From Dehalococcoidia bacterium (lineage in GTDB: Bacteria > Chloroflexota > Dehalococcoidia > Lucifugimonadales > JAGWBF01), in assembly GCA_965197405.1 (NCBI GenBank), contig OZ240206.1:1408179-1472178 (forward strand): a stretch of DNA of 64,000 bases, written 5' to 3'. How positions within the stretch are numbered: the stretch's first letter is position 1; each line of letters begins with the position of its first letter. Below are positions 48,067-57,822 of the stretch, in pieces. The position numbers and the translations under genes are program-made. Under the pieces are notes generated by a model. That model ran no database searches. It was given only the letters and a program-made list of their open reading frames with translations, and was not told where the DNA came from.

Positions 48067-49197
48067 ATGCCGAGCATAGAACTTTTGCGACCACACCTTC
48101 ACGGGGCGCGTTTCGAAAACGGTGAAATCCCTTTAGAAGTTCTCGGCGATCTGGCGGCTCTGCGAGAAATGGTCTTGGAAGTCGCAAAATGGAGGTTCCT
48201 CCAGGAACACCCCACCCGCCAACGTTCTCCACGTGGTTTCACAGATAATGTTGACTTGAAGCTCACTGGTTTGGAAAGGGGAAGCGCCATTCCGATAATT
48301 GGATTGTCAAGTCGACAACCTGCTTTGCCGGGAGTACAAGAGCCGTACCAAGAATACATTGAGCAAGCGATGAAGTGCATTATCAACGCTGTGGACTCGC
48401 CGGAGTCAGATGCCCTGTCAAGTGCGAACATTCAAATGCCGCGGAAGTACTTCGCTTATTTTGATAGAGTTGGGCGCAGCCTTCGCCAAGGCGAATCCAT
48501 TGAGTTTTGCTTCCCTTCAGGCAAAATATCAGCACAGCTTGACCAGGAAAAGCGGCGCAATTTGCTTGCGATTTCCCACATAAGAGAGCTTACATCAGAA
48601 GTGACTCTCCGCGGCTCCGTTAGCGAGATGGACCAGGACAGAATGACATTCGAGTTGCAACCTATTTATGGGCACAAGATAACCGGCCCTATACCCGAGC
48701 AGCATCGCGATGCCATCATGGAAGCATTGAACGGCTACTGGCATGGGGCACGGGTCATTGTCCAGGGCATCGGCAAGTACGACCGGAGAAACCGCCTGCT
48801 CAGTCTGGAATCCGTTGAGCAGATTGACGAGCTAGACCCGCTGGACGTGCCGGCGCAACTGGATGGCCTACGGGATATGCGAAACGGTTGGTATGAGGGG
48901 GAAGGCCTTGCCCTACCTCATTCGGGGCTCGATTGGCTGACCGGACGCTTTGAACGGTACTATCCCGACGACATGCCGTTGCCCTATGTTTACCCTACCT
49001 ACGAGGGAGGCATACGAATGGAATGGTCCCAGGGAGCTAATGCCATTATCCTTGAAATTGACCTGAATACCCACGTCGGGGAATGGCTCTGGTTCGACCG
49101 GGATTCTGATGCCGAGTACGAGAAGAGTTTAGCCCTAGACGATGCTACCGATTGGGTGTGGCTGGCCTCGGAAATCCGCAGCAAGGCGACGAGTTAA
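48067..49197 (+). CDS. unknown protein (376 aa) embedded in the R-M operon
   Basis: AGGAGG 7 nt upstream of ATG 48067. No motif I recognise. AT-richer than the hsd genes. Confidence 0.6.
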   Translation: MPSIELLRPHLHGARFENGEIPLEVLGDLAALREMVLEVAKWRFLQEHPTRQRSPRGFTDNVDLKLTGLERGSAIPIIGLSSRQPALPGVQEPYQEYIEQAMKCIINAVDSPESDALSSANIQMPRKYFAYFDRVGRSLRQGESIEFCFPSGKISAQLDQEKRRNLLAISHIRELTSEVTLRGSVSEMDQDRMTFELQPIYGHKITGPIPEQHRDAIMEALNGYWHGARVIVQGIGKYDRRNRLLSLESVEQIDELDPLDVPAQLDGLRDMRNGWYEGEGLALPHSGLDWLTGRFERYYPDDMPLPYVYPTYEGGIRMEWSQGANAIILEIDLNTHVGEWLWFDRDSDAEYEKSLALDDATDWVWLASEIRSKATS

Positions 49198-49199
49198 GC

Positions 49200-49574
49200 A
49201 TGAACCCCAGCACATTGCTCTACCGGCAAGTCAATCCCCAATGGATACGTAACGGTAAAGTTAACTCGCAAACATTCTTACCAACAAGAAAAAATGAAGG
49301 TCTCCTGTCGGCCTACGACGGCGATCAAATTACACCGGAGAAGTCTTGGAGGCATTTCACTAATCATCTAGGCTTCCAGTCGGCCGGTGTAGTAGCCGTT
49401 ACTGTAGGAGAATGCCACGATCGGCAACTTCCAGTTAGATCGGACCCCTCACAGTTTCCTGAGCATGTCGTTGTAGATTTTACAGGGCTGAAAAAGAGCG
49501 CGATTGAACGAAGGGCTGATAGCCTCAAAACGTTTGCCAACGCCCGCGGCTGGCTATTTGGCCCGACGAGCTAG
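49200..49574 (+). CDS. unknown small protein (124 aa) embedded in the R-M operon
   Basis: Starts 3 nt after the previous stop and ends 2 nt before hsdS. Begins 'LYRQVNPQW...'. No confident family assignment. Confidence 0.55.
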   Translation: MNPSTLLYRQVNPQWIRNGKVNSQTFLPTRKNEGLLSAYDGDQITPEKSWRHFTNHLGFQSAGVVAVTVGECHDRQLPVRSDPSQFPEHVVVDFTGLKKSAIERRADSLKTFANARGWLFGPTS

Positions 49575-49576
49575 CC

Positions 49577-51068
49577 ATGACAACCACTAGCCAAGAAACC
49601 GGTCCGGGCGTTTGCCCCACCCTCCACCCCCATCCCGTCTACAAGCCCTCCGGCGTCCCCTGGCTCGGCGACGTGCCGGAGCATTGGGACGTGAGGCGGG
49701 GCAAGGCGATGTTGCGGCCCGTTGATGTTCGCTCCGAGACAGGGGATGAGGAGTTGCTGACGGTCTCTGCCCATCGGGGTGTTGTTCCAAGGAAGTCTGC
49801 CAACGTAACTATGTTCAAGGCAGAATCATATGTTGGCTACAAGCTGTGTTGGCCAGGAGACCTGGTTATCAATAGTCTTTAGGGCGTGGGCGCACGGCTT
49901 GGGCGTTTCGCAGCACCACGGCATCGTTAGCTCAGCATATGGTGTCTATCGCCCATTGTCGAAAGCCCACGCTCGGTTCATCCATCTGCTAGTGCGTTCA
50001 GTCCCCTTCCAGTGGGAGTTGCAAGTCCGCTCCAAGGGCATATGGGTGTCGCGTCTTCAGTTGACCGACGAGGCATTTCTTGGAGCGCCGTTCCCCCTCC
50101 CCCCACTCCCCGAGCAGGCGGCCATCGTCCGCTACCTGGACTACGTGGACCGGCGCATCCGGCGGTACGTCGGCGCCAAGCGAAAGCTCATCGCCCTGCT
50201 GGAGGAGGAGAAGCAGGCCATTGTCAACCAGGCCGTCACCCGTGGCTTCGACCCCAACGTCCGCTTCAAGCCCTCCGGCGTCGAGTGGCTCGGAGACGTG
50301 CCGGAGCATTGGGAGGTGCGACGGCTGCGGACCGTTGCCGACATGCGTGTCAGCAACGTGGACAAGCACACTAGAGAAGATGAGGTTCCCGTTCGCCTCT
50401 GCAACTACGTCGATGTCTACAAGAACGACCGTATCACGTTGGCCATGCCTTTTATGGCAGCGACGGCCTCGCGGGACGAGATTGAGCGATTCCGGCTAGA
50501 GTCAGGTGATGTCCTCATCACCAAAGACTCCGAGACCTGGGACGACATTGGAGTCTCGGCCTTGGTAGCGGAGTCGGCCCATGACCTTCTCTCTGGCTAC
50601 CATCTGGCCTTGCTCCGGCCAACGAACGAGATACTGGGGTCATATCTGGCCCGAACCTTGCAGAGCAAGGGGGTGGCCTACCAGTTTCACGTAAGGGCGA
50701 ATGGCGTGACGCGATACGGCCTCACTCACAACGGCATTCAATCGGTTTGCCTACCACTGCCACCCCTCGCCGAACAAACCGTCATTGCCGCGTACCTGGA
50801 CAAGGCCACCGCCACCATAGACGCCGCCATCGCCCGTGCCCGCCGCCAGGTCGAGCTGGTCCAGGAATACCGCACGCGCCTCATCGCCGACGTGGTTACG
50901 GGCAATCTGGACGTGCGCGAGGCGGCGGCCCAGTTGCCCGATGAAGCCGGCGAGGAGCATCCAATCGAAGAAGGCTATATGCTGACAGGTAGCCTGGACA
51001 ATAACTCCTACATCTCCGACGAGTCGTTGGGAGAAGAACTAGCAATGGAAAGCGAGGTGACGGCATGA
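49577..51068 (+). pseudogene. hsdS: type I R-M specificity subunit, interrupted by a frameshift near 49870-49882
   Basis: Two half-TRD repeats, each introduced by 'KPSGV(P/E)WLGDVPEHW(D/E)VRR'. Conserved 'PLPPL(P/A)EQ' spacers. 'GDLVINSL*' in one frame continues as 'RAWAHGLGVSQHHGIVSSAYGVYR' in another. Confidence 0.8.
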
Positions 51069-51304
51069 CGGACTGGAGCAAGTGCCCGGCGGTGGAAAGC
51101 GTGCCCGGCAGGGTGAGCGGCAATTGGGTGTTCAAGGGCACACGTTTGCCGGTCTACGCTCTCTTCGAGAATCTGGCCGGGGGCGCTACCATCTACGACT
51201 TCATCGAATGGTTTGAAGGCGCAGAGGAATCAGACCTGAAGGCAGTGTTGGAGCATGTCGCCCAGGACCTCCGGGCCAAGGTAAGCCATGAGAATCTTGT
51301 TTGA
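51065..51304 (+). CDS. DUF433-family protein (antitoxin-like)
   Basis: 'GNWVFKGTRLPVYALFENLAGGATIYDFIEWF'. The start overlaps the hsdS stop (ATGA). Confidence 0.65.
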   Translation: MTDWSKCPAVESVPGRVSGNWVFKGTRLPVYALFENLAGGATIYDFIEWFEGAEESDLKAVLEHVAQDLRAKVSHENLV

Positions 51305-51623
51305 CAACGGGTCACCCAGGCCGTTGCGCCACCGGCTCTTCGGACACCAGGTCGAGACGGCCAGAGAACGCGGCTGGGGCACCTTAGCCAACGGCGTCCT
51401 GCTGAGCCAGGCCGAGGAAGCCGGTTTTGAAGTTCTGCTCACCACTGACCAAGGCATCCGATACCAACAAAATATGGCCAACCGGCAAATAGCCGTAGTC
51501 GTCCTGATGAACACTGCTTGGCCCCGCATTTCGCGGCGAGCGGAGGCTATCCGCAACGCCATCGAGGGGATGCAGCCCGGTGAAGTGCGGGAAGTCCACA
51601 TCCCGATGAGAGGCGAGGCATAG
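51288..51623 (+). CDS. DUF5615/Mut7-C PIN-like protein (toxin-like)
   Basis: 'MRILFDNGSPRPLRHRL...EVLLTTDQGIRYQQN'. Overlaps the DUF433 gene by 17 nt. Confidence 0.6.
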   Translation: MRILFDNGSPRPLRHRLFGHQVETARERGWGTLANGVLLSQAEEAGFEVLLTTDQGIRYQQNMANRQIAVVVLMNTAWPRISRRAEAIRNAIEGMQPGEVREVHIPMRGEA

Positions 51624-51624
51624 C

Positions 51625-54600
51625 GTGACCACCGACACCAGCGAGAAGGGCCTTGAGCGCCTCATCTGCACCGCGCTCACGGGCGCGCCCTGCGACCCAC
51701 CGCAGGGCGGCATTGTGCGCGAGCGGCCCGCCGGCTACGGCGCCGGCTGGATTTGCGAAGATTCGCAGGACTACGACCGGGAGTACTGCGTAGACCTGGC
51801 CCAGCTCTCCGCCTTCCTCCATGCCACCCAGCCCAACGCCGCCGAATCGCTGGGCCTCGGCCAGGACAGCCCGACGCGGCGCAAGTTCCTGGCCCGGCTG
51901 CAAGGGGAAATCACCCGGCGAGGGACCATTGACGTGCTCCGCAAGGGCGTCAAGCACGGGCCGCACCAGATCGACCTGCTCTACGGGACACCGTCGCCGG
52001 GGAACGAAAAGGCCAGGGTCCAGTACGGGCAGAACCGCTTCAGCGTGACGAGGCAGCTCCACTACAGCCGGGACCAGGCCCAGCTTGCCCTGGACCTGTG
52101 CCTGTTCATCAACGGCCTGCCCGTCGCCACCTTCGAGCTGAAGAACAGCCTGACCAAGCAGACGGTGGACGACGCCGTCGAGCAGTACAAGCGGGACCGA
52201 CACCCCAGTGAGAAGCTCTTCGAGCTTGGCCGCTGCCTTGTCCACTTCGCCGTGGACGACCACGAGGTGAAGTTCTGCACGCACCTAAAAGGCAAGGCGT
52301 CGTGGTTCCTGCCCTTCAACAAGGGGTGGAATGACGGCAAAGGCAACCCGGCGAACCCCAACGGCCTCAAGACCGACTACCTGTGGAAGCAAGTCCTCAC
52401 CCGCGACGGGCTCACCGACATCATCGAGAACTACGCTCAGATCGTGGAGACGAGGGACGACAAGACCGGACGCAAGAGGCGGGAGCAGATATGGCCTCGC
52501 TACCACCAGTTGGACGTGGTGCGCAGGCTGTTGGCCGACGCATCCGGTAGAGGAGTCGGCCCCAGGTATCTGGTCCAGCACTCGGCGGGCAGCGGCAAGT
52601 CCAACTCCATCGCGTGGCTGGCCCACCAGCTAATCGGGTTGGAGCAGGACGGCAAGGCGCTCTTCGATTCGGCCATCGTCGTCACGGACCGCAGGATATT
52701 GGACAAGCAGATACGGGACACCATCAAGCAGTTCGCCCAGGTCGGCTCCGTGGTGGGCCACGCCGAGGACTCCGGCCATCTCCGCACCCTGCTCCAGGAT
52801 GGCAAGCGGATCGTCATCACCACCGTCCAGAAGTTCCCCTTCATCCTGGACGCCATCGGCAACGAGCACCGGGGGCGCAAGTTCGCCATCATCATTGACG
52901 AGGCCCATTCGAGCCAGGGAGGGCGCACGTCGGCATCTGTATCCATGGCGCTGGGAGAGGCCGGTTCAGAGGGTGAAGAAGAGACCACGGAAGACAAGAT
53001 CAACCGGCTGATGGAGAGCAAGAAGCTGCTGCTCAACGCCAGCTACTTCGCCTTCACGGCCACCCCCAAGAACAAGACACTGGAGATCTTCGGCGACCCG
53101 TCGCCGGAGGGCGGGAACACCAGGCATCTCCCATTCCACGTCTACACCATGAAGCAGGCGATTCAGGAGGGGTTCATCATAGACGTGCTTGAGCACTACA
53201 CGCCGGTGGACAGCTACTACCGGCTCGTCAAGACGGTGGAGGGAGACCCGGAGTTCGACACCAAGCGGGCCGGGAAGAAGCTGCGGCGCTACGTGGAGGA
53301 CAACGAGCACGCCATCCGCCTCAAGGCGGAGATCATGGTGGACCACTTCCACGAGCAGGTGGCCGGCTTGCACAAAATTGGCGGGCAGGCGCGGGTCATG
53401 GTGGTCACGAGCAGCATCCAGCGGGCCATCAGCTACTTCTACGCCATCCGGGACTACCTGGCGGAGCGTAAGAGCCCCTACCGGGCCATCGCCGCCTTCT
53501 CCGGAGAGCACGAGTACGGCGGCGCGAAGGTCACGGAGGCATCCCTCAATGGCTTCTCGTCGAACCTGATCGCCGACAGGATTCAGGAAGACCCGTACCG
53601 CTTCCTGGTATGTGCCGACAAGTTCCAGACCGGCTACGACGAGCCTCTGCTGCACACGATGTACGTGGACAAGATCTTGTCTGGCGTCAAGGCTGTGCAA
53701 ACGCTGTCGCGTCTCAACCGAGCGCACCCCAAGAAGCACGACACCTTCGTGCTGGATTTCAACAACGACGCCGACACGATCCAGGACGCCTTCGCCGACT
53801 ACTACCGGACCACGGTCCTGGCGGAAGAGACCGACCCTGACAGGCTGCACGATCTCAAGGCGGCGCTTGATGGCTATCAGGTCTACGCCCCGGCGCAGTT
53901 GGACGAATTGGTGGAGCGGTACCTTTCGGGGGCCGACCGCGACCAACTCGACCCCATCCTGGACACCTGCGTCTCTGCCTATCGAGAGCAGCTGGACGAG
54001 GACGGTCAGGTGGACTTCAAGGGCAAGGCCAAGGCGTTCCTCCGGACTTACGGGTTCCTGGCCGCAATCCTGCCCTACGCCAACGCCGAGTGGGAGAAGC
54101 TCTCCATCTTCCTGACCTTCCTCGTTCCCAAGCTGCCTGCGCCCATCGAGGACGACTTGTCGAAGGGGATTCTGGAAGCCATCGACATGGACAGCTACCG
54201 GGTGGAGAAGCAGGCGGTGCGGGGCGTCCAGCTTCCCGACGAGGACGCCGAGATCGAGCCGGTATCCGCCAGCGGCGGCGGGCAGAAGCCGGAACCGGAG
54301 ATGGAGCGGCTCTCCAACATCATCAGGGAGTTCAACAACCAGTTCGGCAACATCGAGTGGAAGAACCAGGACAAGATCGAGAGGGTGATCACCGAAGAGC
54401 TGCCCGCCAAGGTTGCCGGGGACCGGGCGTACCGGAACGCCATGGCCAACTCCGACCGGCAGAACGCCCGGATTGAGCACGACAAGGCCCTGGAACGCGC
54501 CATGACCGACTATGTGGCAGACCCAATCGAGCTGTTCAAGCAGTTCAGCGACAACGATTTGTTCCGCCGGTGGCTTTCCGAGATAGTCTTCGCCGCTACA

Positions 54601-54651
54601 TACACCGAACCTGCCGCCACGACCAGCGCGTCAAGAAGTCTGGATGTCTGA
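51625..54651 (+). CDS. hsdR: type I restriction endonuclease subunit R
   Basis: 1008 aa. 'HSAGSGKSNSIAW' (motif I), 'IIIDEAHSSQ' (DEAH), 'FTATPK' and 'DKFQTGYDEPLLHTMYVDK'. GTG start 1 nt after the previous stop. Confidence 0.9.
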   Translation: MTTDTSEKGLERLICTALTGAPCDPPQGGIVRERPAGYGAGWICEDSQDYDREYCVDLAQLSAFLHATQPNAAESLGLGQDSPTRRKFLARLQGEITRRGTIDVLRKGVKHGPHQIDLLYGTPSPGNEKARVQYGQNRFSVTRQLHYSRDQAQLALDLCLFINGLPVATFELKNSLTKQTVDDAVEQYKRDRHPSEKLFELGRCLVHFAVDDHEVKFCTHLKGKASWFLPFNKGWNDGKGNPANPNGLKTDYLWKQVLTRDGLTDIIENYAQIVETRDDKTGRKRREQIWPRYHQLDVVRRLLADASGRGVGPRYLVQHSAGSGKSNSIAWLAHQLIGLEQDGKALFDSAIVVTDRRILDKQIRDTIKQFAQVGSVVGHAEDSGHLRTLLQDGKRIVITTVQKFPFILDAIGNEHRGRKFAIIIDEAHSSQGGRTSASVSMALGEAGSEGEEETTEDKINRLMESKKLLLNASYFAFTATPKNKTLEIFGDPSPEGGNTRHLPFHVYTMKQAIQEGFIIDVLEHYTPVDSYYRLVKTVEGDPEFDTKRAGKKLRRYVEDNEHAIRLKAEIMVDHFHEQVAGLHKIGGQARVMVVTSSIQRAISYFYAIRDYLAERKSPYRAIAAFSGEHEYGGAKVTEASLNGFSSNLIADRIQEDPYRFLVCADKFQTGYDEPLLHTMYVDKILSGVKAVQTLSRLNRAHPKKHDTFVLDFNNDADTIQDAFADYYRTTVLAEETDPDRLHDLKAALDGYQVYAPAQLDELVERYLSGADRDQLDPILDTCVSAYREQLDEDGQVDFKGKAKAFLRTYGFLAAILPYANAEWEKLSIFLTFLVPKLPAPIEDDLSKGILEAIDMDSYRVEKQAVRGVQLPDEDAEIEPVSASGGGQKPEPEMERLSNIIREFNNQFGNIEWKNQDKIERVITEELPAKVAGDRAYRNAMANSDRQNARIEHDKALERAMTDYVADPIELFKQFSDNDLFRRWLSEIVFAATYTEPAATTSASRSLDV

Positions 54652-54670
54652 TAGAAGCTGGGGACTGCTA

Positions 54671-55915
54671 GTAGTCAGTCAAATCTGTTTTTGATGGTAG
54701 TTTAAAGAGTCTGAACCAAGGCGCTATACTGAGCAACAGACTGGGTTGAAGTGAGGTGGTGGTATGGTCAGGGAAAAGTACGGAGTCAGGTTGACGCCGG
54801 AGCAGCGGAACCAACTGGAACACTTGGTTCGGGCTGGTAAAAGTACCGCCCGGGTGACTATTCGGGCGCGGATACTGCTCAAGACCGATGCAGGTTGGTC
54901 TGCGCCCCGGGTGGCGCAAGCCTTGGATGTGGTCGAGGGCACGGTGTTCCGCGTCAAGCGCCGCTTTGCCGAAGCTGGGTTGGCTGGGGCGCTGCAAGAC
55001 CGGGTCCAAGCGAACGGGTACCGGAAGCTGGAGGACCTGGGCGAAGCCCACCCCGTATCCAGTACGGGGCAGGCTCTGATTGCCTTGGCCTGTAGCCCAG
55101 CGCCGGAAGGACATGACCATTGGACCCTGCGCTTGCTGGCGGGCAAAGTGGTGGAGTTGGGGTTGGCGTCATCCTTGTCCCACGAGACGGTGCGCCAGCG
55201 GCTCAAAAAAACGTCCTTAAGCCGTGGCAGAAGCAGGAGTGGTGCATCCCCGAGGTAAGCGCCGACTTCGTGGCCCACATGGAGGACGTCCTGGATTTGT
55301 ACGCCGAACCCTATGACCCGCAACGGCCGGTGGTCTGCTTTGATGAGACCTCCACCCAGTTGTTAGCCGAGACGCGGCCCTCTCTCCCTGCCGAGCCGGG
55401 GCGTCCGCTGCGTCGGGACTACGAGTACCGGCGGGAGGGAACCCGCAACCTGTTCGTGGCCTGTGAGCCCCTGGCTGGCTGGCGGCAGGTGGCGGTGACC
55501 GAACGGCGCACCATGCAGGACTTCGCCCACCAGATGCGCTGGCTGGTGGATGAGGCCTACCCGGAGGTCGAGGTGGTGCGGGTGGTGCTGGACAACCTGA
55601 ACACCCATCGCCTCGCTTCGTTGTACGAGACCTTCCCCGCGCCGGAAGCCCGGCGGATAGCTAAACGGCTGGAGTTCCACTATACGCCCAAGCACGGCAG
55701 TTGGCTGAACATGGCGGAGATCGAGTTCAGCGTGCTATCCCGCTCCTGTCTGAAGCAGCGGCTCCCCGACGCAGAATCGCTCCAACGGGAAGTCGGGGCC
55801 TCGGTGCAGGAGCGAAACGAGGCGCGGGTCACCATCAACTGGCGGTTCAAGACTCAGGATGCCCGAACCAAATTACACCGCCTCTATCCCTTCGATCCCA
55901 AACATGACTGACTAC
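54671..55915 (+). mobile_element. IS630-family element (type C), copy 2, flanked by TA, inverted relative to copy 1
   Basis: Same termini as 17912-19156. The translated ORFs differ from copy 1 at only 4 residues. Confidence 0.85.
54764..55911 (+). CDS. IS630-family transposase, orfA (54764-55258) + orfB (55120-55911), A7 slippery run at 55205-55211
   Basis: Same as copy 1. Confidence 0.85.
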
Positions 55916-56223
55916 TAGTGAAGATTCGATTGGAAGTCGACGGTCAGACCATCGAATAACGCGGGAGCCTCAACCCCAATCCCGTACGACGGGCAATGCT
56001 CTCCGCAATAATGAGCCTCCGTGGGGTTAATTCGCCGGGGCTTATTCTATCCCATAGGTTGACAGTGGCAATCCCTGTTGCTACCGTGTGAGTAGGTTGC
56101 CAGACCTTCTATCCCAGCATAGGCGTCTCACCAGCCGAGGATGTGGCATTATGCTCTCTTGCGGCCTATGCTGAAGATGGCACCCGGCAACCACCACACC
56201 CCGTACCGGAAGAGAGCGCCTGT

Positions 56224-56562
56224 ATGCGAACCCTGACATATCTGTTCATCGGCATTATCGTACTCATAAGCGGGTTGGCCTGCGCTGCTGAAGAGGAACC
56301 CGATGTAATTCCGTCCGCTGCCACACCCTCACCAACCGGTGCTTCCACGCCAACAGCTACCCCTATATTGGCACTTGCTCCAACGGCAACTCCAGAGCAA
56401 AACGCTACTCCTACGTCTGTACCTCCGACAGCCTCACTAGAGCCTACATCTACCTCGGAGCCTGCCGGAACGCCTACTCCAACTCTTACACCAGAGCCTA
56501 CTCTGCAATCTACTCCCAGGCCAACGGCTACTCCTACGTCTGTACCTCCGATAGCCACACTA
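56224..56562 (+). pseudogene. Pro/Thr-rich lipoprotein, 3' end truncated by an IS630-type insertion
   Basis: 'MRTLTYLFIGIIVLISGLAC' signal plus lipobox, followed by PT-rich low-complexity sequence. The IS terminal sequence begins at 56563. Confidence 0.55.
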
Positions 56563-57819
56563 GTACCATTTCCAGATAGATTTACAAGGATATGAGAAGG
56601 CAGCCATACTTGGGTATGATCTTTCTGTGAGGGAGTATCCAGACATGGCTGCCATCAAGTATAAAGTCAAGCTGGCTGAATCCGAACGATTCCGTCTCAA
56701 TGAGGTTTCCCACCGGGGCAAGCCGTCAGTCCGCACCGTCAAGCGGGCGCTGGCGCTGCTCAAAGCGGATGAAGGACTTCGGGACGCTGAGATAGCCGGT
56801 GTGCTTTTGATCAATGCCGCCACCGTTGCCAGAGTGCGGAAGCGGTACGTCGAGGAAGGAGTTGAGGCCGCCATCAATGACAAGCCAAGGCCGGGCCGGG
56901 AGCGCAAGTTGGACGGCAAGCAGCAAGCGCACCCCGTATCCAGTACGGGGCAGGCTCTGGTTGCCATCGCGTGCAGCAGTCCACCCGAAGGACATGTGAG
57001 CTGGACGCTCCATCTGCTGGCGGACAAGGTGGTGGAGCTGGAGTTGGCCGGGAGCATCTCCCTTGAGACGGTGCGCCAGATACTCAAAAAAACGAACTCA
57101 AGCCGTGGAAGAAGAAAGAGTGGTGCATCCCCAAGGTGAGCGGGGAGTTCGTCGCCCGGATGGAGGATGTGGTGGACCTTTATCACGAAGAGTACGACCG
57201 GGAGCGTCCGGTGGCGTGTTTCGACGAGACCTCCAAGCAGTTGCTCGGGGACGTGAGGCCGCCCGTCAAAGCCAAGCCCGGACGGGTGGAGCGCTATGAC
57301 ACCGAGTACCAGCGAAACGGGACCCGGAACCTGTTCATGTTCTGTGAACCGAAGGGTGGGTGGAGGCACGTCGAGGTGACCGAGCGCCGGACTGCCGTGG
57401 ACTTCGCGCACCGGATGAAGTGGTTGGTGGACGAGGCATATCCTGACGCCACAGTGATCAGGCTGGTGCTGGACAATCTCAACACCCACAAGCCCGGCTC
57501 GCTCTACGAGGCATTTGGAGCGTCCGAGGCGCGCCGCATAGCCAAACGCCTGGAGTTTCACCACACACCCAATCACGGAAGCTGGCTGAACATGGCCGAG
57601 ATCGAGTTGAGCGTCTTCAGCAGGCAGTGTCTGGACCGCCGGACCGGCGATGAAGCGTTGCTGAGACGGGAGGTCGCGGCGCTCGAACGCGAGCGCAACG
57701 AGGCCGCCGCCATCATAGACTGGCGGTTCTCCACCCAGAGCCTGCCCTCGGCCACGACCGGGGGACGCTCGCAGCAAGCTCAAACATGTATATCCAATAG
57801 AATTAAATTGAAACGGTAC
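56563..57819 (+). mobile_element. IS630-family element (type B), copy 2, flanked by TA
   Basis: Ends 'gtaccatttccagatag...gaaacggtac', with TA at 56561-62 and 57820-21. Confidence 0.8.
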
Positions 57820-57822
57820 TAG
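56627..57822 (+). CDS. IS630-family transposase, orfA (56627-57139) + orfB (57136-57822); the 3' end is altered by a ~30-nt insertion relative to copy 1
   Basis: 'VACFDETSKQL...YQRNGTRNLF...VLDNLNTHK...FHHTPNHGSWLNMAEIELS'. The tail 'STQSLPSATTGGRSQQAQ...' differs from 'STQDARSKLKHVYP' in copy 1. Confidence 0.7.

Noticed and set aside
17912-55915. A composite transposon formed by the two IS630 type C copies.
   Set aside because: Copy 1 is nested inside another IS, and copy 2 sits 18 bp after hsdR. The only shared flanks are the ubiquitous TA, and no common outer target duplication is present. I kept it only as a potential inversion substrate.
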